Source: Acidimicrobiales bacterium
GTDB taxonomy: Bacteria > Actinomycetota > Actinomycetes > Mycobacteriales > QHCE01
Direction of reading: 5' to 3'
NCBI GenBank assembly: GCA_003243955.1
Contig: QHCE01000024.1
Location: 188 to 64,187, forward strand
DNA length: 64,000 nt
How positions within the stretch are numbered: position 1 is the first letter of the stretch; each line of letters opens with the position of its first letter. Positions 58,101-64,000 of the stretch are shown here, in pieces. A program made the translations under genes and the position numbers. Below the pieces are notes generated by a model. The model did not search any database. It was not told the DNA's origin and saw only the letters and a program-made list of their open reading frames with translations.

Positions 58101-58677
58101 CCATTATGCCGCCGCGCAGCGCGAACTCGCCGCGTTTGCTCACCAGCTCGACCCGGGCATACGCCAGCTCGGTCAGGCGATCGGCGAGCACGTCCAGCTC
58201 CACAACATCGCCAGCGATAACAGCCACTGGTTCAATTTCACCAAGCCTCACCAGCTGCGGTTGCAGCACCGAGCGCACCGGAGTCACCAGCACTGAGATT
58301 GGCCCAGTCGCGGGGTCGGTTTGGCTCGGATGCGCCAGCCGGCGCAGCACGGCCATGCGTTGGCCGACGGTTTCTGCTCGCGGAGACAAACGTTCGTGCG
58401 GCAGGGTCTCCCACGCCGGATACACCGCAACACTGTGCGGCGGGATCAAACAGCACAGCGTCGCCGCCAGCTGCTCAGCCTCGCGAGCGGTAGCCGTCAC
58501 GACCAGCACCGGAACGCCGGCCCCACCTGCCTGGCTGGAGGAGGCAAGAGCCGCGGCAACAAACGGCTGCAGTCCTGCCGGAGCGGAGACATTGAGCGCG
58601 GAACTGCCCGCCGAGGAGATCAACTGGGAGAATGTGGGCTGTTGCACAACCGGTGCAAGCAGGCCAGAAAGGCTCAT
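55144..58677 (-). CDS. mfd: Transcription-repair coupling factor
   Basis: 1177 aa with GDVGYGKTE Walker A, DEEQRFG, a CarD-like segment (GDYVVHEQHGVGRY), and helicase C motifs. Confidence 0.95.
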   Translation of the reverse strand: MSLSGLLAPVVQQPTFSQLISSAGSSALNVSAPAGLQPFVAAALASSSQAGGAGVPVLVVTATAREAEQLAATLCCLIPPHSVAVYPAWETLPHERLSPRAETVGQRMAVLRRLAHPSQTDPATGPISVLVTPVRSVLQPQLVRLGEIEPVAVIAGDVVELDVLADRLTELAYARVELVSKRGEFALRGGIMDVFPPTEEHPLRVEFFGDEIEEIRYFSVADQRSLELAPRGLLAPPCRELLLTPKIRARAAQLSSEHPELIELLAKVAEGIPVEGMESLLPALVDAADELELLLAVLSPRTHVLVCDPERVRARAHDLVATSEEFRQASWAAAAVGGQSPIDVGVSSFRELEHVQKTAGELGMPWWSVGPFAADEGATFPLDATASPSFGGSTERALAQLGEHARDGWAVVVCFAGHGPAQRAAEQLRDAGIGVALVDSLDVAPQPGVVTVTTGEFERGFLAQPFRLALFTEADLTGARPAETPRRMAPKRRNTIDPLQLSPGDYVVHEQHGVGRYMELIRRSVAGAQREYLVLEYAASKRGQPGDRVFVPTDQLDLLTRYVGGEQPTLHRIGGADWQKSKGRARKAVRQIAAELVRLYAARTSTPGHAFAADTPWQRELEDAFAFTETPDQLVAIDDVKRDMEQPHPMDRVISGDVGYGKTEIAVRAAFKAVQDGKQVALLVPTTLLARQHMGTFTERLAQFPVRIAQLSRFQTDAQARKVLEGLADRSVDIVIGTHRLLQTGVRFGDLGLVIVDEEQRFGVEHKEHLKQLRASVDVLTLSATPIPRTLEMSMTGIREMSTIATPPEERHPVLTYVGGYDDQQIAAAIKRELLRDGQIFYVHNRVESIDRAATRIRSLVPTARVCVGHGQMSEDALEQVMLGFWEKRYDVLVCTTIVESGLDIPNANTLIVERADMFGLSQLHQIRGRVGRGRERAYAYFLYPSERPLTETAHERLATIAQHSELGAGMFVAMKDLEIRGAGNLLGGEQSGHIAAVGFDLYVRMVSEAVAEYKATQTGQVKAEPVLETKVDLPINANIPHDYVTGERLRLEMYRKLAEAQNTASIDAVREELADRYGPAPTPVELLLEVAALRVQAREAGVTEITQQGKQIRLAPIQLPESRAMRLARLYPGSVYKQASQVVTVPAPSTARIGGTPLRDAELLAWCRDVLPVLAG

Positions 58678-58805
58678 GCGTCGAGCCTATCCGCGTGCTA
58701 CGACACTGTTACCGCCGCACACCAACTGCTAACGTGCACAGCGCCGGTGGATCCCGCTGGCGCTCGCTTGGTTCCGATAGGACCCTCGCCAGAAGGGCCT
58801 TACCG

Positions 58806-59720
58806 ATGAGAAAGCATTTACTCCGCGCGGTCGCCGTAACACTCAGCGCAGGCATGCTGCTGACCGCGTGCGCGAATACCTCCAGCTCCACCGAAGCTAA
58901 GACCGCCGACAGCGTCATAGTGCGTGCCGCCAACGGTGATGTGCGCATCGCCGCTCCGCCGAAGCGGATCGTCTCGCTCTCACCTACCGCTACCGAAATG
59001 CTGTTTTCGATCGACGCCGGCAAGCAAGTGGTCGCCGCCGACGATCAGTCCAGCTATCCCAAAAACGCTCCCCGCACGAAGCTCTCCGGCCTATCGCCCA
59101 GCGCGGATGCCATCGCCCAATACCGGCCCGATCTGGTGGTGATCGACGCCGACCGCAACGGTGTGGTTTCGGCGTTGAATAAACTCCGCGTGCCGGTGCT
59201 GGTGGAGCCCGCGGCCACCAATCTGGATGAAAGCTATGACCAGATTGCCGATTTGGGTATCGCTACCGGCCACTCTAAGCAAGCCAGTCAGCTGGCCTCG
59301 AGGCTGAAGCAGCAGCTGGCCACAGCCTTAGATCGCGTCAAAGACAAGCTCAGCAGACACAGCTACTACCACGAGGTCGACAACACCTACTACTCCCTGA
59401 CTTCGAAAACGTTCCTTGGCAGCATTTACAGCATGTTTGGACTGAGCAATATTGCTGACGCGGCCGCTGTTGCCGGTAACAACTACCCACAGCTGAACTC
59501 TGAATACATCGTGAGAGCCAACCCGGACCTGATCTTACTCGCCGACGTACAGTGCTGCGGCCAGTCAGCGGTCGCAGTAGGCAAACGCCCAGGCTGGAAT
59601 CAGATGCGCGCGGTGAGTAAACAGCATGTAGTAGAGCTCGACGCCGACAGCGCGTCGCGCTGGGGTCCACGGATCGTGGAGTTCGCGCAAGCTGTGGCAG
59701 CGGCGCTACAGAAATTCTAG
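58806..59720 (+). CDS. ABC transporter substrate-binding lipoprotein (Fe-siderophore/B12 type)
   Basis: The ATG at 58806 gives MRKHLLRAVAVTLSAGMLLTAC (lipobox). The body is periplasmic-binding-protein type 2-like (PKRIVSLSPTATEMLF). Confidence 0.8.
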   Translation: MRKHLLRAVAVTLSAGMLLTACANTSSSTEAKTADSVIVRAANGDVRIAAPPKRIVSLSPTATEMLFSIDAGKQVVAADDQSSYPKNAPRTKLSGLSPSADAIAQYRPDLVVIDADRNGVVSALNKLRVPVLVEPAATNLDESYDQIADLGIATGHSKQASQLASRLKQQLATALDRVKDKLSRHSYYHEVDNTYYSLTSKTFLGSIYSMFGLSNIADAAAVAGNNYPQLNSEYIVRANPDLILLADVQCCGQSAVAVGKRPGWNQMRAVSKQHVVELDADSASRWGPRIVEFAQAVAAALQKF

Positions 59721-59793
59721 ACAACTTGTGCCATCTTGTCGCCTGAATAACGTCCTGCTGCAGCAATACCAGGGACAAAATGGCACAAGTTGT
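59721..59793 (+). promoter_or_regulatory. Long intercistronic hairpin between the binding-protein and permease genes
   Basis: ACAACTTGTGCCATCTTGTCGCCTG ... CAGGGACAAAATGGCACAAGTTGT: a 14-bp perfect outer stem plus inner pairs. Confidence 0.6.
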
Positions 59794-59813
59794 CGCTGGG
59801 TGGGTGAGACACA

Positions 59814-60893
59814 ATGACAGATATGCAACCCCGCTATACCCGGATGCGCGCGTCATGGCTATTGAGCGCGGTTGCCGCACTACTGGGCGCGATCGTCGTA
59901 GGCGTCATGTCGGGCTCGGTGTGGTTTGCGCCGCATCGTGTGCTGCTGACGCTGTTGGATTCGCTTCCTGGCGTGCACCTAGAAACTGGCCTCGCGCCCA
60001 TCGATCAGGCAATTCTCACCCAGCTTCGGCTACCTCGTGTGATGTTGGCAGCTCTCGTGGGCGCCGCCCTGGCTTTGGGCGGTGCGTCCTATCAGGGGGT
60101 TTTTCGCAATCCTCTGGTCGATCCTTACCTGCTCGGCTCGGCCGCCGGGGCCGGACTCGGGGCGACGCTGGCTATCAGTTACGCACCGGCGAGCACGGTG
60201 ATCGGCGTACCTATCGTTCCTCTCGCGGCGTTCGTCGGTGCGCTGTTTGGAGTGACCTTGGCCTATCTGCTGGGAAGCTGGGCATCGGGTGGACCGGGAG
60301 CCAGCAGTACCGGGATCAGCAGTTCGGTGGCGACGCTGATGTTGGCCGGGGTGGCGGTAGCGGCATTCCTCACCGCATTACAGGCATTTGTGCAGCAGCA
60401 AAACACCGAGAAACTCCAGCAAATCTACGGCTGGATCGTCGGCCGACTTGGCGGCGCTACCTGGACCGATGTGGCCACAGTCGCCCCCTACCTCGCACTG
60501 AGCACTGTCGCGGTACTACTGCACAGTCAGTTACTGGATGTGCTCGCGCTCGGCGATGATGAGGCGGCCAGCCTGGGGGTGCCAGTTACTCGGGTGCGTA
60601 TCGTCGTACTGCTGGCCGCGTCGCTGGCAACCGGAGCCGCCGTGGCGGTCAGTGGCTTGATCGGCTTCATCGGGCTGGTCGTCCCGCACGTGGTGCGCCG
60701 CCTCACCTGCACCAGCTATCGGGTGGTGCTGCCCCTGTCGCTACTGGTCGGAGCAACGCTTCTGGTGTTGGCTGACGTGATAGCACGCAGTGCGCTGAGT
60801 GGGTCGGAGCTACCAGTCGGTCTGGTGACAGCGTTTCTCGGTGCACCGTTTTTTGCCGGCCTGCTGCGGCTGAATCGACGGTCTTTGGTATGA
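59814..60893 (+). CDS. FecCD-family ABC permease
   Basis: 359 aa, about 9-10 TM helices, with ILTQLRLPRVMLAALVGAALA and PVGLVTAFLGAPFF motifs. Confidence 0.85.
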   Translation: MTDMQPRYTRMRASWLLSAVAALLGAIVVGVMSGSVWFAPHRVLLTLLDSLPGVHLETGLAPIDQAILTQLRLPRVMLAALVGAALALGGASYQGVFRNPLVDPYLLGSAAGAGLGATLAISYAPASTVIGVPIVPLAAFVGALFGVTLAYLLGSWASGGPGASSTGISSSVATLMLAGVAVAAFLTALQAFVQQQNTEKLQQIYGWIVGRLGGATWTDVATVAPYLALSTVAVLLHSQLLDVLALGDDEAASLGVPVTRVRIVVLLAASLATGAAVAVSGLIGFIGLVVPHVVRRLTCTSYRVVLPLSLLVGATLLVLADVIARSALSGSELPVGLVTAFLGAPFFAGLLRLNRRSLV

Positions 60894-61693
60894 GCAACGT
60901 TGACGTAGGAGCGACGAAAAACATGCTGCGGACAAGCAGCCTCAGCATACGTCGTGGTCAGCATTGTGTGCTGCATGAGCTCTCGCTGCGGGTGCGCGAG
61001 GGAGGTTGGCTAGCGGTTGTCGGACGCAATGGCGCTGGAAAGTCCACGCTGCTGGCTGCGCTGGCTGGACTGCTGCCCTACAACGGCGAGATCGAACTCG
61101 ATGGAGTGGATGTCTCGACGCTACCCCGACGCAAGCGTGCGCAGCGGATTGCTTATTTGCCACAGACCCCTATCGTGCCCGAGCAGCTAGGCGTCGCCGA
61201 TTATGTTCTGCTTGGCCGAGTGCCGCACGCCGGTTACTTCGGGCGAAGCAGCTCGGCCGATCAACGAATAGCCACCGACGTGCTACGGCGTCTTGAGCTG
61301 CGGCACTTTGCCGACCGTCCGCTGGGAACGCTATCCGGCGGTGAGCGGCAGCGGGCGATGCTGGCGCGCGCGCTAGCCGGACGCGCCCCGTTGTTCCTGG
61401 CCGATGAGCCCACCTCGGCGCTGGACTTGGGCCATCAGCAGCAGGTATTAGAGCTTCTCGACCAGCTACGGAGCAGCGATGGGCTCACTGTCATCACGGC
61501 CATGCACGACCTAACCTTGGCCGCCCAATATGCCGAGCAGGTAGCGCTGCTGGATGCCGGGAGGCTCGCCGCCGTTGGCAGGCCTAGAGACGTTCTCACC
61601 GAATCGGCGTTGGCTCAACACTATGGGGTGCAGGTCGACGTCACACTCGACATCAACTCCAGGCCGGTGATTACCCCCAGACGGTCAAAGTGA
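60890..61693 (+). CDS. ABC transporter ATP-binding protein (FecE/BtuD-like)
   Basis: GRNGAGKST, LSGGERQRAMLARAL and LFLADEPTSALD motifs. 4-nt overlap with the permease gene. Confidence 0.9.
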   Translation: MSNVDVGATKNMLRTSSLSIRRGQHCVLHELSLRVREGGWLAVVGRNGAGKSTLLAALAGLLPYNGEIELDGVDVSTLPRRKRAQRIAYLPQTPIVPEQLGVADYVLLGRVPHAGYFGRSSSADQRIATDVLRRLELRHFADRPLGTLSGGERQRAMLARALAGRAPLFLADEPTSALDLGHQQQVLELLDQLRSSDGLTVITAMHDLTLAAQYAEQVALLDAGRLAAVGRPRDVLTESALAQHYGVQVDVTLDINSRPVITPRRSK

Positions 61694-61758
61694 ACTGCGG
61701 TTGTCTGGTAATTGGTCTGACGGACAATAATTCACAGCCGATACTGGCTCAACCACGC

Positions 61759-63189
61759 TCACACCCAGAGTGCGCTGAACGGAAGCGCTACAAGTTTGGG
61801 GCCGAACGGGGCAGCGGTCTTGCCCGTATGAAGCAGTACACCGCCGACGAAACGCTTGCCAAGTTTTTCCGCGAACCAGCGTAGATGCCGGAAGTCCTTC
61901 TCGCCCACAGTTGAGCTGGCCTTTACCTCCACTGCGCCAACTCTACCGTCAGCCGTCTCCACAACAACGTCGATTTCACGCTGATCATATGTACGGTAGC
62001 TAAATAGCCGAATCTCCTGCTGCGCCCACCATGCTTGGCGGCGTAGTTGTTCCACCGCAAAACCTTCGAGGATTGGGCCGGCGTAATCAGGCTCTTCACC
62101 AGGCGCAAGTCGAGCGGAGGTCAGGCCGAGTAGATGAAACACCATGCCCGAATCTGTGAGCTGGATGCGGTGACGGCCAGTCTCGCGCTTAGTGAGATTC
62201 GTCGACCATGGTGGCAAAAGGTGTAGCAGATAAAGCCGTTCGAGCACATCCAGATATGCCGGAAGCGACCGAGCGGGAACGTTGATGCTGGAAGCTAAGC
62301 GGTCCACGACTAGTTCGTGTGTCTGTCCAGCCGCCAACATTCGCAAGAGTACTGGTAGGCGATCAATATGTTGCAGATCTGCTTGCTCGGCGGCGTCACG
62401 TCGAAGTAAGCGGTCTAGGTAGTCCCGCCACCAAGCGTTCCGGGAACGGCCCGATGTTCGAACACGGGCCTCGGGAAATCCCCCAGCATTGGCAGCGTTC
62501 AGGTAATCTTCGCGACTCCATGTGCCCGACCGATCAAGCGTAAAATTCCCAGCTACCAATCGATCAAGAAAATTATCCGGGCGTCCCGCAAGCTCTCCCT
62601 GGGTAAAGGGATGCAGCTCAACGGTCTGAGCGCGCCCGGCCAAGCTGTCGGCAGAGCCGGGGGCTCGCAGCAAGTCTGCGCTAGGCGGTTACGAGAAACC
62701 TACCAGGCCGGAGGTCGGTATCAACAGCCGCTTAAGAGCCTGTTGATGAACTTCTTCCGTCGCGAGCGGCGGTCAGGTGGATGTATGGCAAGGCGGAGAA
62801 CTTCCAGGTAGCGGTGTTCTACCTGGAAGCTTCGACAACGCAGCCAGACGCCGCCTGACCGACGCGCAGCAGGAAAACGAAGTTCACCAACAGGCTCTCA
62901 GCGCCAGAGCCAGCTCGGGCGCGCGCTGCGCTTCATCTATGGCCAGCAGACCGCCTGGGTGCTGGGCAACGAATGCGCTGGGATCAGCGTGTGCCGCCGC
63001 CAGTGTCACTGGATCGTCAAGGGTCACTAGGCGCCCCTGGCGTGCCGCTACCAACTGTGAGACCAAGGTTGATTTGCCCACCTGTCGCGCGCCCTGCACT
63101 ACAGTGATCCGGGCCGTGTCTAAGGCTTCAAGCACCAACGGCGTAACCGCACGGAAAATTGGCTTGCGAAGAGGATCTTTAGCCGACAT
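61759..63189 (-). pseudogene. AAA_14/DUF4143-family ATPase gene, interrupted by the MITE-like element and frameshifted
   Basis: The N-terminal part (62884..63189) reads VVQGARQVGKSTLV...LLAIDEAQRAPELALAL. After the insert it reads AAVDTDLRPGRFLVTA-stop, then shifts frame to LLRAPGSADSLAGRAQTVELHPF and a DUF4143 tail (61759..62673). Confidence 0.75.
62733..62900. mobile_element. Palindromic MITE-like element, copy 2 (inside the ATPase gene)
   Basis: Arms AGAGCCTGTTGATGAACTTC and GAAGTTCACCAACAGGCTCT, with the same core as copy 1. Confidence 0.8.
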
Positions 63190-63210
63190 AGCTATCCACT
63201 ATAACCGCAC

Positions 63211-63275
63211 GCTGCGGATTTTACGTGCCTGCGCTGCGGATTTTACGTGTATCGAGGAGATCACGGAATTTACGT
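63211..63275. promoter_or_regulatory. Three direct repeats upstream of the disrupted ATPase gene
   Basis: GCTGCGGATTTTACGTG occurs at 63211 and 63233 (22-nt period), with a third partial copy ACGGAATTTACGT at 63263 containing TTACGTAA. Confidence 0.5.
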
Positions 63276-63385
63276 AAAGGGGCTCGGCGGAATAGCCATG
63301 CTGAGTCACGCTATGCCCTGCTGCAGCGGTACAGAGGCGCACTTGCCAAGAAGCGCTATTGTGTAAGTCACAAAGGTAGTTCACA

Positions 63386-63640
63386 ATGAGGGGCATGCAG
63401 TTGCCGCTCCGGTTCACCCAAGCTGCCCGAAAACACAAAATTGGGCGTGAAGCGGTGAGAGAGGCGCTACGCAGCGCTGGCGCACCTTTAGTGATTGCCG
63501 AAGAAGGAAAGGACGATCGCCTAATTTATCTAGGCAGGGACGGCCGAGGACGCGAACTAGAAATTATTGCTGTTCTTATGCCCGGTTACTTCCTCATCAT
63601 CCACGCTATGCCTACCGCTTTAAGGAGGAGTCGATCATGA
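63386..63640 (+). CDS. Small toxin-like protein (family uncertain, DUF4258/BrnT-like)
   Basis: 84 aa reading FTQAARKHKIGREAVREAL...ELEIIAV...LIIHAMP. It has a 4-nt ATGA overlap with the downstream RHH gene. Confidence 0.4.
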   Translation: MRGMQLPLRFTQAARKHKIGREAVREALRSAGAPLVIAEEGKDDRLIYLGRDGRGRELEIIAVLMPGYFLIIHAMPTALRRSRS

Positions 63641-63972
63641 AAACGAAGTACCCTACAGGGAAAGATTTCGGCAATATCGGTCCAGATGTAGACCTCAGGA
63701 AAGAGGAAATCTTTGATAGCCACGGCAACCGAATAGATGACGCCTATGTGGAGCAGGCTGTGGCCGGAGTCCATGCCCACTTACAACGTGGCCGGCCATC
63801 CCTGGAAGGCGCAGCCCTAAAAAGCGCAGCATCACGGCGCTCACCGCAAATAACCATCAAGTTTCCTAAAAACCTCAAAGAGGCTACCGCCGTACAGGCG
63901 CACCAGGAAGGTAAAACAGTCTCTCAGCTCGTACGTGAGGCAGTCTCTGAGTACCTTAAACAAGCTGTATGA
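63637..63972 (+). CDS. Ribbon-helix-helix (CopG-like) antitoxin-like protein
   Basis: The C-terminal ITIKFPKNLKEATAVQAHQEGKTVSQLVREAVSEYL is an RHH fold. Confidence 0.55.
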   Translation: MKTKYPTGKDFGNIGPDVDLRKEEIFDSHGNRIDDAYVEQAVAGVHAHLQRGRPSLEGAALKSAASRRSPQITIKFPKNLKEATAVQAHQEGKTVSQLVREAVSEYLKQAV

Positions 63973-64000
63973 CTGTTTAACTTTTTAGCTTTGGATCGCC

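Noticed and set aside
58678-58805. Cobalamin riboswitch upstream of the Fe/B12-type ABC importer. A T-box or leader upstream of trpS was also considered.
   Set aside because: The spacer is only about 128 nt and I see no B12-box-like core. trpS has only a short leader with an SD sequence. Neither can be excluded without a covariance-model scan.

Overview
High-GC (about 60% by eye) actinobacterial chromosomal segment; I cannot name the species. The backbone has the Mycobacterium/Corynebacterium/Actinomyces-type gene order. It comprises a Tad/Flp pilus locus, secA-hpf-comF-[lpqB remnant]-mtrB-mtrA, acs, tRNA-Leu, udg-ppx-DUF501-ftsB-eno, mazG, mfd and an Fe/B12-type ABC importer. Lower- or higher-GC accessory patches interrupt this backbone and carry toxin-antitoxin pairs, IS scars and gene fragments. 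The main second-look items are: (1) an orphan EssC/EccC-like FtsK/SpoIIIE ATPase with three P-loop domains and a beta-grasp plus FHA N-terminus. Its start overlaps a 531-aa coiled-coil ORF, and the pair sits inside the split Tad locus with no other type VII parts in view. (2) A roughly 170-bp palindromic MITE-like element in two copies whose terminal arms differ between copies but stay complementary. One copy interrupts an ATPase gene. (3) lpqB is reduced to a 56-codon lipoprotein-signal stub that is still start/stop-coupled to mtrB. (4) A 15-bp tandem repeat at the mtrA/mtrB junction encodes peptide repeats in two frames. (5) tRNA-Leu is followed by tandem att-like copies of its own 3' end, next to a low-GC island of orphan toxin-tip and immunity-like genes. 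(6) A GC-rich trpS sits among gene fragments. All calls come from reading the sequence and from motif memory; no searches were run.
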